A stretch of 64,000 nt of DNA from an uncultured cyanobacterium (GCA_963793425.1 CAWCAG010000005.1:640001-704000), one strand, 5' to 3'. Positions 19,204 to 30,662 are shown, counted from the first letter of the stretch. Program-made: numbers and translations. Notes: a model not told the origin generated them from the sequence alone.

Positions 19204-21297
19204 TCAAATCTGGGGAATACCCAAAGATTGTTGATTAGGACGGACTTTTAACCGAACTAAGATGGCTGTTATATTATCATGACCGTTTTGGCGATTACCA
19301 AATTCAATTAGTTTATGTAAACCTTGTTCTAGGTTAGCGCTAGAACTCATGAGAGGATGGAGGTAGGTTTGGGAGTTGGTTTCTAGTAAATTGCCATCGG
19401 ACAAGCCATCGGAACAGAGAACTAACATAGTATCTTCATTAACTTCCATAGAGTAAACATCAGGATTGATAAAATTATTGTTGCGGGGTCCCAATGCCTG
19501 GGTTAATTGATAAGCATCGGCACGGGCATAAGCAACTGTAGGTTCCACACCACGCTGGATCTCTCTTTGTCCTACCTCGTGGTCTACTGTAAGTTGTTCC
19601 AAGCCCCGTTTGCGAGTATAGCCATAAACTCGACTATCTCCTACATGGGCAATCATGACATTGGTATCTTGTACCAAAGCCATGACTAGAGTTGTTCCCA
19701 TACGCCCGCTTCCTGAGCGAGCATTTTGTTGATTAACATCGTAAATTGCTTGGTTGGCGGCTAAAATTCCTTCACGAATAGTTTCTTTACTGGGTAACTC
19801 ATCTTTCCAGCGGAGTTGAAAGTAACGCTGCAAGTTTTCTACCGCCATAGCACTAGCAACTTCCCCGGCGGCATGGCCCCCCATACCATCACAAACGATA
19901 TATAAGCCCCTACCCTGAACGTTTTTCCCCAAAGCGCTTTCTTGCTTTTTAACGGTAGTTTGAATGCCAAAATAGTCCTCATTATGCTGGCGTTGGCGGC
20001 CAATATCTGTACAGCCAGCATCAGTTGAACTAAGTAGCTGCATAGGTAAGACGACAGTGGGTAAATCATCTCCTTCACCACTAGCATAAATCTTTTCGTT
20101 TTCGTAGTCCCCAAGAATTTCTTCTGGCAGTTCGCTTTCTTCTTCGGTGGTAACTTCAGCAATCTCTTCTTCTGTCTGTTGCTGTTCTTGAGCAAGTTCT
20201 TGTAAACGAGAACGTAACTGGTCTACTGAGGCGATTTTTTCTCTGTTTAATTCGTCCAATAATTGTATCAAAGGACCATACTGGGTGCGTTGAGACTGGT
20301 TAAACAAAAGCTGCCAGACTAGGGCTAAATCCTTCAGCTTAAATTCTTGATTTTCGGGAGTAGGATATAACTGTTGCAAGCACAGGCTTTGGTCTTCGTC
20401 CAAGCGTAAATTATCTTCTTCCAAAAGGCTTTGACAACAACCAAGCTTTTCTAAAGCCACCCAAAGCTTAGTCATCTCATCAAGCCAATAGAGAATTTGC
20501 AGTGTTCCTACCTCTTCTTGACCCCATAGAGTTGCCAAATACTCCCACTCAGAACGATCTTCTAACAAAACGATGGATTTCTCCCCTTGCTGCCAAGCAT
20601 CATAAACTTGTGGTACGAGGTTAGAAAAGGAGTCTTGTAAAACCAAGTAGGGTTCAACAAGATTTTTTAAATGTTCTGAATCAGGAAATAAATACTCTTG
20701 AGCGTTTTTATCCTCTGGGGCAAAAATGTTGCCCTGTTGCTCAATCAGGACTTCTACAAAAGATTTGTGCAAGGGTTGACGGTCTAGTACCCGGAAGCAA
20801 GACAACTTAAGATCAGAAAGATTTTCTCCCCATTCAACAACAGGAGATATTTGTTGATACCTCTCCTGTAGGTCTAGGTATATATCTTCTTCTTCTGGTG
20901 GAGTTTCATTTGCGGCAGTGATTTGAGTCAAGGGTTCTGTCTGTTCTAATGCCGGGTCAGATGGTGCTGATTCTGTTGGTGATTCTTGTTCAGATGGTGG
21001 TAGTGGTTTAGTAACTATTACTTCGGTTATCTCTTCATCTACCCCTACTTCTGAGGCTGATGGTTCTACAGCTACAGGATCTCCTTGGGTTGTTTCATCT
21101 TCAGCTATAGTAGGTTGAGCGATAACAGCCCAGCGGATAATACCCGTGACCGCGCCACAGTTGTTACAATTTTTAGCACTCCAATCCACACTTGCACCGC
21201 ATTCCGGGCATTTTTGATGAGTTAGAGAAGCTCCACATTGCTGACAAAACTTGTTGGTATCGGGATTTTCAAATTCGCACTGAGGGCAAACAAGCAT
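19204..21297 (-). CDS. PP2C-type Ser/Thr phosphatase with N-terminal double zinc ribbon (PrpJ-like)
   Basis: Four CxxC pairs at the N-terminus; RQHNED, VCDGMGGH, HVGDSR, CSDGL, GHDNIT. Confidence 0.93.
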   Translation of the reverse strand: MLVCPQCEFENPDTNKFCQQCGASLTHQKCPECGASVDWSAKNCNNCGAVTGIIRWAVIAQPTIAEDETTQGDPVAVEPSASEVGVDEEITEVIVTKPLPPSEQESPTESAPSDPALEQTEPLTQITAANETPPEEEDIYLDLQERYQQISPVVEWGENLSDLKLSCFRVLDRQPLHKSFVEVLIEQQGNIFAPEDKNAQEYLFPDSEHLKNLVEPYLVLQDSFSNLVPQVYDAWQQGEKSIVLLEDRSEWEYLATLWGQEEVGTLQILYWLDEMTKLWVALEKLGCCQSLLEEDNLRLDEDQSLCLQQLYPTPENQEFKLKDLALVWQLLFNQSQRTQYGPLIQLLDELNREKIASVDQLRSRLQELAQEQQQTEEEIAEVTTEEESELPEEILGDYENEKIYASGEGDDLPTVVLPMQLLSSTDAGCTDIGRQRQHNEDYFGIQTTVKKQESALGKNVQGRGLYIVCDGMGGHAAGEVASAMAVENLQRYFQLRWKDELPSKETIREGILAANQAIYDVNQQNARSGSGRMGTTLVMALVQDTNVMIAHVGDSRVYGYTRKRGLEQLTVDHEVGQREIQRGVEPTVAYARADAYQLTQALGPRNNNFINPDVYSMEVNEDTMLVLCSDGLSDGNLLETNSQTYLHPLMSSSANLEQGLHKLIEFGNRQNGHDNITAILVRLKVRPNQQSLGIPQI

Positions 21298-21472
21298 AGG
21301 GAACTTCCTTAACTGCCAATACTTTTAGGGGGAGAAATGGCAATAGGCGAGTAAATTACTTCGCTACCATCTCTACATCATATCTTGGAAAGAAGAGAGC
21401 AACATCGCACTAAAGCTCTACCTCTACTGCTAGATAATTTAACTGATTTAGTTGGTTAGGAAAGAGGAATTC

Positions 21473-22075
21473 TTAAAGTTTTTCTAAAATTTCTTGTTCT
21501 TGAGAGGTCAAATACCTCCACTGGCCTGGTTTTAAACCTTGTAAGTTAAGTTGCTTTGTCTTTTGGGCTAGACCTATAGTTAGAGAGACTCTGACTAATC
21601 TTAAGGTAGGATGACCTATGGCTGCTGTCATTCTTCTTACCTGACGATTACGTCCTTCCGTTAAAGTAATTTCTAACCAACCAGTGGGGACGTTTTTACG
21701 GTGACGGATGGGAGGATGGCGTGGTGGTAAAAATGGTTCTTTGCTTAGTTGCTTTACTTGAGCTTGGCGAGTGTGATAATTCTTTATCTTTACTCCTTGA
21801 GCAAGCTTTTGTAGGGCTTCAAGAGTGGGAATTCTTTCTACTTGTACCCAGTAAGTACGAGGATGTTGAAATTTCCGGTGGGATACCTTATGCTGCACCT
21901 TCCCGTTATTGGTCAGAAGTAGTAATCCTTCACTATCTAAGTCTAATCTGCCTACGGGATAAACGGAGGGTAAGGAAATGTAGTCTTTGAGAGTAGGATG
22001 TTTTTTGCTACTGTTGCGATCCGTAAATTGACATAGAACTCCGTAGGGTTTGTTGAACAAAATATAATCAGACAC
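21473..22075 (-). CDS. rluE: rRNA pseudouridine synthase (RsuA/RluE family)
   Basis: [36 protein letters not shown]. Confidence 0.85.
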   Translation of the reverse strand: MSDYILFNKPYGVLCQFTDRNSSKKHPTLKDYISLPSVYPVGRLDLDSEGLLLLTNNGKVQHKVSHRKFQHPRTYWVQVERIPTLEALQKLAQGVKIKNYHTRQAQVKQLSKEPFLPPRHPPIRHRKNVPTGWLEITLTEGRNRQVRRMTAAIGHPTLRLVRVSLTIGLAQKTKQLNLQGLKPGQWRYLTSQEQEILEKL

Positions 22076-22178
22076 AGATATGAAATTAGCTGTTAAATTA
22101 ATACTTATTTTATAAGAATATTAAATTTTAATGATAGTTAATTTAGTATGTGATGAGAGTTGATTTAGTAATAGTTAT

Positions 22179-23168
22179 ATGCTGGACTTAACCGTAGCAG
22201 TTTGCACCTACAATGGAGCAAATTTGATACCTGAAATTTTAGACAAACTGCGATCGCAGGTACAAACAGAAGCCATCAATTGGGAAGTTATTGTTGTAGA
22301 TAATAATAGCAGTGATGATACAGCCCAGGTAATCAAAACTTACCAACAAAATTGGTCTTGTGTTTATCCTTTACGCTACTGCTTTGCCCCAGAACAAGGC
22401 CTATCTTTTGCTCGCAGATATGCTATCACTGAAGCAAAGGGAGCTATAGTTGCTTTTCTCGATGATGATAACTTACCTGCCCCTGATTGGGTAGCTCAAG
22501 TTGCTCTATTTGCTCAAAAACATCCCCAGACAGGGGCTTATGGAGGGCAGATTCATCCTTTATTTGAAGTTGAACCTCCAGTCGGCTTTGAAAGAATTGC
22601 TCGTTTTTTCGCTTTGTTTGAAAGCAAAGAGACTTTCTGTTACAACCAGAGGTATGAATCAAAATATAAAAGAATGTTTCCCCCTGGTGCTGGCATAGTT
22701 GTTCGTAAACAAGCTTGGTTAGATAGTGTGCCGGAACTTCCTGTGCTGAAGGGAGTAGCCGGAAAATCTTTATTATCTAAAGGAGAAGATTTAGAAACAT
22801 TATCTTACATTAGAAATGCTGGTTGGGAATTATGGTTTAATGCTGAGATGCACATTGATCATAAAATCCCTAAATCAAGGTTAGAAAGAACTTACTTAAT
22901 GCGTTTTTTTAAAGGGGTAGGAACAAGTAGGCATAAAATTAGGATGTTAAAGTATAGAAATTGGCAAAAACCTTTGATAACTCCTTTATATATGGCTAAT
23001 GATCTTAGAAAAACCTTTAGCTATTTCTTGAAAAACCGCAATCTTCTTGATAAAGATGTTGTTATTGCAGCGGAGATGCGTTATTTAATTAGTAGTTTTT
23101 TATCTCCTTTATACCACGCTTCAATTGGCATGAAAATTAATTTCAGGTCTACAAGTAATCAACAATGA
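22179..23168 (+). CDS. GT2 glycosyltransferase, HpsE-like
   Basis: VAVCTYNG, VVDNNSSD, EQGLSFAR, FLDDD, PPGAG, GEDLE. Confidence 0.88.
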   Translation: MLDLTVAVCTYNGANLIPEILDKLRSQVQTEAINWEVIVVDNNSSDDTAQVIKTYQQNWSCVYPLRYCFAPEQGLSFARRYAITEAKGAIVAFLDDDNLPAPDWVAQVALFAQKHPQTGAYGGQIHPLFEVEPPVGFERIARFFALFESKETFCYNQRYESKYKRMFPPGAGIVVRKQAWLDSVPELPVLKGVAGKSLLSKGEDLETLSYIRNAGWELWFNAEMHIDHKIPKSRLERTYLMRFFKGVGTSRHKIRMLKYRNWQKPLITPLYMANDLRKTFSYFLKNRNLLDKDVVIAAEMRYLISSFLSPLYHASIGMKINFRSTSNQQ

Positions 23169-24208
23169 ATATTTTAGAAGACACTGGCTTATATAAGTTA
23201 CAAAGAAGAGATACTCACCCCATAATTATTACTTCTCAAAGTTACTTGTGTTTTCTGGTGGTTAGAAATGAAATGTTGCGTCTTCCCTTTATCTTTGAAT
23301 ATTATCGAAAAACAGGAATAACTAATTTTTTTGTAGTTGATAATGATTCCCAAGATAATACTTTGAATTACTTGTTGCAACAACCAGATGTTCATGTCTG
23401 GCATACTGCTCAACATTTTGATCACAAATTAAACTGGCTTACTAGCCTACTGCAAAAATACGCTTTAGGTCGTTGGAGTTTGATTATTGATGCTGATGAA
23501 ATTTTATATTATCCAGATTGTGAAGAACAAAGTATTCCTCAACTCTGCCATCATTTAGATAAGCAGGGTAAAAATGCTTTGCAGGTTGTCATGTTAGATA
23601 TGTATAGTGATAAACCTGTGGTAGCTACTAATTATCAGCCAGGGGAAGATTTTTTAGGAAGCTGCTCTTTTTTTGAGCGGCAGTTTTTCCACCATCGAGA
23701 AGGAATTAGTAACAATTATTACTGGGGTGGATTGAGGCAGAGGGTTTTTGCGACTTCTAATCAAAATAAAAAGAAACTTTATTGTTTGACGAAGTTTCCT
23801 TTAATTAAATATAACTCCCAGATGAAGTTGTATTCAAGCCATATGATTAATAATATTCAAGTTTCCTCCACAACTGGTTGTTTACTACATTTTAAATATT
23901 TCTCTTCTTTTCTTGATTATGTGCAAGAAGAAATAACCAGAGAACAACATTGGCAAGGAGCTAGTGAATATAAAGAGTATGCAAAAATTATACGTAACCA
24001 AAACAACTTTACTCTCTATGATCCAGCCGATTCATTAAAGTTGGAAAGTAGTCAGCAATTGATTGATTTGGGAATTATGAAACGTGGTGTTGCCACGAAG
24101 AATATTCCTGATTTTTTAGTTGTTTGCTTAGAGTTTGGCTACGATTTAATCAAGAAAATGGTTAATTTACTTCGTAACAAATTACTAGCAAGATTTTTCT
24201 CTAGGTAA
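23165..24208 (+). CDS. GT2-like glycosyltransferase (Glyco_tranf_2_4 type)
   Basis: VRNE, VVDNDSQD, IDADE, LLHFKY; overlaps upstream stop (ATGA). Confidence 0.8.
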   Translation: MNILEDTGLYKLQRRDTHPIIITSQSYLCFLVVRNEMLRLPFIFEYYRKTGITNFFVVDNDSQDNTLNYLLQQPDVHVWHTAQHFDHKLNWLTSLLQKYALGRWSLIIDADEILYYPDCEEQSIPQLCHHLDKQGKNALQVVMLDMYSDKPVVATNYQPGEDFLGSCSFFERQFFHHREGISNNYYWGGLRQRVFATSNQNKKKLYCLTKFPLIKYNSQMKLYSSHMINNIQVSSTTGCLLHFKYFSSFLDYVQEEITREQHWQGASEYKEYAKIIRNQNNFTLYDPADSLKLESSQQLIDLGIMKRGVATKNIPDFLVVCLEFGYDLIKKMVNLLRNKLLARFFSR

Positions 24209-24216
24209 ATTTTCTT

Positions 24217-25413
24217 TTAACCAAGAGATACCAAACGATCACCTTTACTTAACTCTTCGCTAACAGCAAGGACAGCTTTTCTTGCCCAAGAATCTGCCTC
24301 GACAATTTCCTCTAAACTAGGGGCAGAATTATTGAGGATTGAGGCGCGATCGCAGGCAGTTTCAATTAAACGAGGAATATCTAGAAACTGAATTTTCTTC
24401 TCTAAAAATAGGGCCACAGCTTGTTCATTAGCGGCGTTTAAAACTGCTGGCATCAAACCTCCAGCCCTCCCCGCAGCATAGGCAAGTTGCATACAGGGAT
24501 ATTTTTGATGATCTGGCTCTTTAAAGGTTAAACTGCCTGCTTTGACTAAATCCAACTGTTCCCAATTAGTATAAATACGCTGGGGCCAAGACAGGGCATA
24601 TAATAGCGGTAAACGCATATCTGGCCAGCCTAACTGGGCGAGTACGGAAGTATCTTGTAGTTCAATTAAGGAATGAATAATACTTTGGGGATGGATAACA
24701 ATGTCTATGTCGTCATAATCTACCTTAAAGAGAAAATGGGCTTCAATAACCTCTAAACCCTTATTCATTAGGGTAGCAGAATCAATAGTAATTTTTGGAC
24801 CCATAGACCAATTAGGATGCTTTAAGGCATCAGCAACGGTTACTTGAGATAATTTTTCTACTGGCCAGTCGCGGAAAGATCCCCCGGAAGCGGTTAAAAT
24901 AATTCTGCGTAAGCCGTCATCTGGTACTCCTTGGAGACATTGAAAGATGGCGGAGTGTTCTGAATCTGCTGGTAAGATGCGGTTTTTATGTTTAGCAACC
25001 AGGGGTAAAACTACTGGCCCACCAGCAATTAAGGTTTCTTTATTCGCTAAAGCTATATCCTTGCCTGCTTCAATAGCTGCGATAGTAGGCATTAAACCAG
25101 CACAACCAACAATCCCCGTTACCACAGCCTCAGCATCACCATAACGGGCAACTTCTGCAACCCCTTCTTCTCCGACTAAGGTGATGGGAGGATCTTCTAA
25201 TTTGGCGACAATTTCTTTGAGTTGAGGATATTTATCCTCATCGCAAATAGCGACAATTTCTGGTTTATATTTACGAATTTGTTCTGTTAGCAGAGTAATA
25301 TTACTCTTAGCTGTTAAACCAACAACTCGAAATTGTTCGGGATATTGCCCTACTATATCAAGAGTTTGTGTGCCAATAGAGCCAGTAGAGCCAAGAATAG
25401 ATATAGGTTTCAC
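24217..25413 (-). CDS. dxr: 1-deoxy-D-xylulose-5-phosphate reductoisomerase
   Basis: [33 protein letters not shown]. Confidence 0.98.
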   Translation of the reverse strand: MKPISILGSTGSIGTQTLDIVGQYPEQFRVVGLTAKSNITLLTEQIRKYKPEIVAICDEDKYPQLKEIVAKLEDPPITLVGEEGVAEVARYGDAEAVVTGIVGCAGLMPTIAAIEAGKDIALANKETLIAGGPVVLPLVAKHKNRILPADSEHSAIFQCLQGVPDDGLRRIILTASGGSFRDWPVEKLSQVTVADALKHPNWSMGPKITIDSATLMNKGLEVIEAHFLFKVDYDDIDIVIHPQSIIHSLIELQDTSVLAQLGWPDMRLPLLYALSWPQRIYTNWEQLDLVKAGSLTFKEPDHQKYPCMQLAYAAGRAGGLMPAVLNAANEQAVALFLEKKIQFLDIPRLIETACDRASILNNSAPSLEEIVEADSWARKAVLAVSEELSKGDRLVSLG

Positions 25414-25474
25414 GGTAATATATTTATTTATTCAGTTAGTTAATTCAAACCTATTATATCCTGAAGTAAGCTCG

Positions 25475-25510
25475 TACCTATTACCTATTACCTATTACCT
25501 ATTACTTATT
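25475..25510. repeat. Heptamer tandem repeat (TTACCTA)n, STRR type
   Basis: About 5 tandem units next to the peptidase stop; related arrays near 27291 and 38097. Confidence 0.8.
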
Positions 25511-27280
25511 TTCCAACCAACCAGCTAATAATTTTTCTTGTTCTTTAGTAGGAGATTTAACTGGTTTAGCTTTGTAGCGACTAGGAACACTTTCGCCTAG
25601 CTTTACTTCATAATTAAAGAGTTGTTCAGCGTGAAATACAGAGATTTGAATAATATCTCCTGGGCAATAATCTTTGAGGCGATCGCTCAACAATTCAGCC
25701 GTAACTTTATACCCATCAATTGCTAATAATTCATCCCCAGCATCTAATCCAGCCCTACTAGCAGGGGAACCTATTTCTACAAATTTAATGGTGGCGGGGC
25801 CGTTGGTTTCATTGAGGACAATGCCTAAATGAGGTACTGGCTCTTTTTCCTTAACTCCTGATACTTGTAAGCCAAAAGGTTCGAGATATTCATTAAAAGG
25901 TAACTCTTCTGTGCCGTTGAGATAAGAATTGAAAAAACCAGTTAAATCTGTATCGGCAACGGAGGTAATAACTTCTCTTAGTTGTTTTGGTTTGAAACCA
26001 ATTTCTTTTTCACCGAAACGTTGCCACATTTGCAATATTACGTCATTTAAAGAGCGTTTATTTTTATGGCGGGCGCGAATTAATAAGTCGAGTAATAAAG
26101 AAACTAATTCCCCTTTTAAATAGTAAGAGATTTGGGAATTATCACTATTAGCATCCCGGCGATAAAGTTTAATCCAAGCATCGAAACTTGATTCACTCAA
26201 GGGTTGTACTTTCCGTCCTGGCGTGGTGAAAAAGCGGGTGACATCTTTGCTTAAACTAGCTAAATAGGTTTTGCGATCATAAACACCGGCCCACAAAGGA
26301 ATTAATAAATCATAGTAACTAGTTACACCTTCACAAAACCAGAGAGAGGTTGTGTAACTTTCTTGTTCATAATTAAACTTTTCTAAAACATGGGGACGAA
26401 TGCGTTTGACGTTCCACAAATGGAAAAATTCGTGGGCAACTAATTGGATAAAACGTTCATACTTATCTTTAGCCCGAAAACCAAAACGAGGATAGTTTAA
26501 AGAACAGGATTCTTTATGTTCCAAGCCACCAAAACCACTCGCAGAAAGATGGAGTAAAAATAAATAGTTTTCGTAGGGCAAGCCGCCATATAAATTAGCT
26601 TCTACCTCAATAATCTTTTTGGTATCTTCAATAACTTTTTGGGCATCAATATTGCCTTTTCCCCAAATAGCTAGTCGATGAGATTTTCCTAAGACTTCAA
26701 AGTTATAAATTTCCTGTGTACCAATCTCAAAAGGACTATCTACTAAAGTGTCAAAATCTGGAGATAGGAAAGTATTAGCTTTGCCTGGAATTTCCGGTAA
26801 AGTTGTGGTAACTTGCCAATCGGGTTGAGGCGGAATAATTTCGATTTGCAGAGGTTGTTGTTCTAACCCAGGTAGAAAAAAGAATAAAGCCGCACCATTA
26901 AAATAGCCGTGGGTACTATCTAAATGGTTAGTTCTAACGCTAAGTTCATTCGCAAAAACGCGATAAAAAATAGTTATACTTTGATTGTCTCCTGTTTCAA
27001 TACGCCAATGATTTTTAGTTTTTTTGTAACTAGATAAAGCTACTTTTTTTCCCTTAATTTCTGCCCGTAAATCTTGTACTTGCTTGGCATACTCCCGTAC
27101 TAAATAAGACCCCGGAGTCCAAACCGCCATACACAAATCCAACCAAGATTCCTGCCAGCCCTCAACCTGAAGTGTTACCTCAAACAAATGGGTTTCTGGT
27201 TGTGGCATAGCCACTTGATAAGAAATTGTTGGAGTTGTCACAGATGAGATGCGATCACGAATAGCAGTTGCTTCTGTCAT
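25502..27280 (-). CDS. M61 glycyl aminopeptidase with C-terminal PDZ domain
   Basis: WTPGSYLVREY, GGLEH, HEFFHLWN, EGVTSYY, PDZ GSPA..AGL..GD. Confidence 0.93.
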   Translation of the reverse strand: MTEATAIRDRISSVTTPTISYQVAMPQPETHLFEVTLQVEGWQESWLDLCMAVWTPGSYLVREYAKQVQDLRAEIKGKKVALSSYKKTKNHWRIETGDNQSITIFYRVFANELSVRTNHLDSTHGYFNGAALFFFLPGLEQQPLQIEIIPPQPDWQVTTTLPEIPGKANTFLSPDFDTLVDSPFEIGTQEIYNFEVLGKSHRLAIWGKGNIDAQKVIEDTKKIIEVEANLYGGLPYENYLFLLHLSASGFGGLEHKESCSLNYPRFGFRAKDKYERFIQLVAHEFFHLWNVKRIRPHVLEKFNYEQESYTTSLWFCEGVTSYYDLLIPLWAGVYDRKTYLASLSKDVTRFFTTPGRKVQPLSESSFDAWIKLYRRDANSDNSQISYYLKGELVSLLLDLLIRARHKNKRSLNDVILQMWQRFGEKEIGFKPKQLREVITSVADTDLTGFFNSYLNGTEELPFNEYLEPFGLQVSGVKEKEPVPHLGIVLNETNGPATIKFVEIGSPASRAGLDAGDELLAIDGYKVTAELLSDRLKDYCPGDIIQISVFHAEQLFNYEVKLGESVPSRYKAKPVKSPTKEQEKLLAGWLENK

Positions 27281-27312
27281 AAGAATCCAGTTACCTATTA
27301 CCCATTACCTAA

Positions 27313-27996
27313 TTACATTCTTCCAGCCAAATTAGTTAATTGCTTCATATTCAAAAGATAAAGCATTTTCTTTTGGCTATCTTGTCTTACCCAACCTTTG
27401 CTTTTCAACTTCTCCATAATCTTATTGTTTTCTTCTAAACCAATTCCTGAAACATCAGCTAAATCCTGTTCCGGAATATCCCAAATTGCCATACCTTGTT
27501 CTAAAGAAACACCGTAACTCTCTGCTAAGAAAACTAGAGTTTGAGATAATTTCACTGCTGGAGGTTTACCTCGCATCTGGAAACGGATATTGCTTTGACG
27601 TAACCGCCTCACCATTAGCTGTAGCATCCGGTGGTGTAGCTTGTGATCCTTAAAGAGAATTTGAATAAAACGTTGGGCAGAAATACTTAATAGTTTCACT
27701 TGTGATAAAGCAGTTACATCCGTCGAACGGGGAGATTCATCAAGAATAGCCATTTCACCAAAAAAGTCTCCCCGACCCAAAATTGCTAGGGTAGAAGCAT
27801 TTTCTTCTGATAAGCGACGAACTTTCACCCAACCAGAGACAATTAAGTAAACTGCATTGCCCCAAGCATCTTCCATAAGAACAGTTCTGTTTTCTGGATA
27901 CTCATGCTTAACGATAACCGATAAGAGCCATTCTAAGGTTTCTGGGTCTGCGGTGTTGAACAGTGGGAAAAGCTCGCTAAAAGCTTTAGTATCCAT
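27313..27996 (-). CDS. Crp/Fnr family transcriptional regulator
   Basis: cNMP-binding domain GDFFGEMA..PRS plus C-terminal HTH. Confidence 0.9.
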   Translation of the reverse strand: MDTKAFSELFPLFNTADPETLEWLLSVIVKHEYPENRTVLMEDAWGNAVYLIVSGWVKVRRLSEENASTLAILGRGDFFGEMAILDESPRSTDVTALSQVKLLSISAQRFIQILFKDHKLHHRMLQLMVRRLRQSNIRFQMRGKPPAVKLSQTLVFLAESYGVSLEQGMAIWDIPEQDLADVSGIGLEENNKIMEKLKSKGWVRQDSQKKMLYLLNMKQLTNLAGRM

Positions 27997-28407
27997 GAAA
28001 GGTTAATAAGAGTGAGGGTAAATACAAAATCATGATTAACTGCTGGCAGAGGCTATTTGAGGAACTCTTGATAGCAGGTTAATTTATAAATTCCCACAAT
28101 CCCACCATAAGCTACCAACTGTCAACTACCTAAAAGTGATAATTTCCTGTGACTAGATAATTTTCGCTCAAGATTATTGTTCTTCTGTTGTAAATGACCA
28201 ATAACCAATCGCTGTGATATAAATGTTAAGGTTTCTTACATTAAGTTTTTGATGTATTTACACCTAAGTTGTTCTAGCTTAATTGCGAACTGACTAGATG
28301 CAAGTTGTTACTAAAACCAGTTCTCTAACTGGATTTGGTAGTTGAGGAGAACATCGTAACCCTCTAAATTTGACATTACTGGCAACAGCTAAATTATTAA
28401 TCAATTC

Positions 28408-29457
28408 ATGACAGCATCAACTTTAAAGTCTGAAAATGTAGTACTTTCGACCACAGAGAAGAAGAGTCTTAAGCTCAAAAATATCCTCAATACCTTGCCC
28501 CGAAAGGTTTTTATCAAAGATAGACGTAAAGCTTGGCTAACAGTAGCAATAAATGTTTTTTTAGTCGGGTTAGGCTACTGGGGATTAGCCGTTTCTCCTT
28601 GGTTTTTGTTACCATTGGTGTGGATTTTTACCGGTACAGCGTTGACCGGTTTTTTCGTTATTGGCCACGATTGCGGCCATCGTTCTTTTGCCCAACGTAA
28701 GTGGGTTAACAATTTGGTAGGGCATCTTATGTTTCTACCTTTGATTTATCCTTTCCATGCTTGGCGACTGGGGCATAACTATCATCACAAGCATACTAAT
28801 AATCTTGATGAAGATAATGCTTGGGCCCCCCTCAAAGTTGATGATTATGAAAATCTGCCCAAAGTTGTTAGGTACACTTACGAAGTAATTCGAGGTCGCT
28901 TATGGTGGATAGGTTCAATTTTTCATTGGGCAAAAGTCCACTTTAACCCTTCTGATTTTAAGACCCCTAAACAGCAGCGACAAGTAGGATTTTCCATTGC
29001 TATAGTTTTGGTCGGGGCAGGAATCGCTTTTCCTTTACTCATCGCTACTACTGGTATTTGGGGTTTTGTTAAGTTTTGGTTGATTCCTTGGTTGGTGTAT
29101 CACTTCTGGATGAGTACCTTTACTATTGTTCATCACACAACCCTCCAAATCCCCTTCAAACCGACTCAGCAGTGGGACGAAGCAACGGCCCAACTAGCAG
29201 GGACTGTTCATTGTGATTATCCCCGTTGGGTAGAGTTCCTTTGCCATGATATCAATGTTCATATTCCCCACCACATCTCCACAGGAATTCCTTGGTATAA
29301 TCTCCGTTCTGCCCATAAAAGCTTAAAGGAAAACTGGGGAGAATATTTGGTGGAAACTAAGTTTTCTTGGCCATTGATGCAAGAAATTACTGAAAAATGT
29401 CACTTATCGAATGGTAAGGATTTCTACCAAACATTCCAGGATTACGAAAGAAATTAA
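28408..29457 (+). CDS. desA: Delta-12 acyl-lipid desaturase
   Basis: HDCGH, HNYHH, HIPHH boxes; GTVHCDYPRWVE. Confidence 0.93.
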   Translation: MTASTLKSENVVLSTTEKKSLKLKNILNTLPRKVFIKDRRKAWLTVAINVFLVGLGYWGLAVSPWFLLPLVWIFTGTALTGFFVIGHDCGHRSFAQRKWVNNLVGHLMFLPLIYPFHAWRLGHNYHHKHTNNLDEDNAWAPLKVDDYENLPKVVRYTYEVIRGRLWWIGSIFHWAKVHFNPSDFKTPKQQRQVGFSIAIVLVGAGIAFPLLIATTGIWGFVKFWLIPWLVYHFWMSTFTIVHHTTLQIPFKPTQQWDEATAQLAGTVHCDYPRWVEFLCHDINVHIPHHISTGIPWYNLRSAHKSLKENWGEYLVETKFSWPLMQEITEKCHLSNGKDFYQTFQDYERN

Positions 29458-29526
29458 TCATCAACGTAGTGGGGAAGAAGTCAAGGATTTCACCCACTAA
29501 TAACTAAAAAATTAGAGTGATTTTTT

Positions 29527-30588
29527 GTGCAAATTACAACAACTGAAGCAAAACAGCAGTTTTTTAGCCAGGAAAGATCAGAACTTCCTTTTACTTTAAA
29601 GGACTTGAAAACAGCAATTCCTGATTATTGTTTCCAACCTTCTGCTTGGCGTTCTTTATCCTACTTCTTTCTTGATGTTGGCATCATTGCCGGATTATAT
29701 GCAGTCGCCAACTATTTAGATTCTTGGTTTTTTTGGCCGATTTTCTGGTTAGCCCAGGGAACTATGTTTTGGGCCTTATTTGTGGTAGGTCATGATTGTG
29801 GTCATCGTTCTTTTTCCCGTTATCTTTGGTTAAATGATTTAATTGGCCACCTTTCCCATACACCAATTTTGGTTCCTTTCCATGGCTGGCGTATTAGTCA
29901 TCGCACCCATCACCACAATACAGGTAATCTTGATACTGATGAGAGTTGGTATCCCATCAAAGAGAGTACCTATCATCAAATGACGTGGTATGAAAAAATG
30001 CTGCGTTTTGAATTGCCTTTGCTGATAGTTTATCCCCTGTATTTATTTAAGCGTTCTCCTGATCGTGAACAAGGTTCTCATTTTGATCCTTCTAGCCCCA
30101 TCTTTAAACCTTCAGAAAGGAAGGATATTTTAACCAGTACGATTTGCTTGGTAGCAATGGTGGCTTTGTTAGGATTTTTAACCTATCAATGGGGTTTTAT
30201 TTGGTTGTTGAAAAACTATTTAGTACCCTATGTTGTTTTTGTTGTTTGGTTAGATTTGGTTACCTTTTTACACCATACAGAGGCAGATATTCCTTGGTAT
30301 CGTGGCAAAGATTGGTATTTCCTTAAAGGGGCTTTATCTACCATTGATAGAGACTACGGTATTTTTAACAACATCCACCATAACATTGGTACGCACGTAG
30401 CCCACCACGTTTTCTTGAATATGCCTCACTACCATCTTAAAACAGCAACGGAGGCGATCAAACCTATTTTAGGAGATTATTACCGCATCTCAAAAGAGCC
30501 AATATTTAAGTCCTTCTGGAAATCTAGTCGTAGTTGTCACTTTGTTCGTGATCAAGGGAGTGGTGTTTATTATACTAATGTTAAGTAG
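29527..30588 (+). CDS. desB: Omega-3 (delta-15) acyl-lipid desaturase
   Basis: LPFTLKDLK, HDCGH, HRTHH, HVAHH, LSTIDRDYG. Confidence 0.94.
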   Translation: MQITTTEAKQQFFSQERSELPFTLKDLKTAIPDYCFQPSAWRSLSYFFLDVGIIAGLYAVANYLDSWFFWPIFWLAQGTMFWALFVVGHDCGHRSFSRYLWLNDLIGHLSHTPILVPFHGWRISHRTHHHNTGNLDTDESWYPIKESTYHQMTWYEKMLRFELPLLIVYPLYLFKRSPDREQGSHFDPSSPIFKPSERKDILTSTICLVAMVALLGFLTYQWGFIWLLKNYLVPYVVFVVWLDLVTFLHHTEADIPWYRGKDWYFLKGALSTIDRDYGIFNNIHHNIGTHVAHHVFLNMPHYHLKTATEAIKPILGDYYRISKEPIFKSFWKSSRSCHFVRDQGSGVYYTNVK

Positions 30589-30620
30589 CAATTAGGATTA
30601 ACATTAACATTTTGCTTCAC

Positions 30621-30662
30621 AAGCGATCGCAGTTTTCTTAAACAAAGGCGATCGTTTTTTTT
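30621..30662 (+). terminator. Intrinsic terminator of desAB with a HIP1-derived stem
   Basis: AAGCGATCGC...GCGATCGTTT followed by a T run. Confidence 0.6.
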
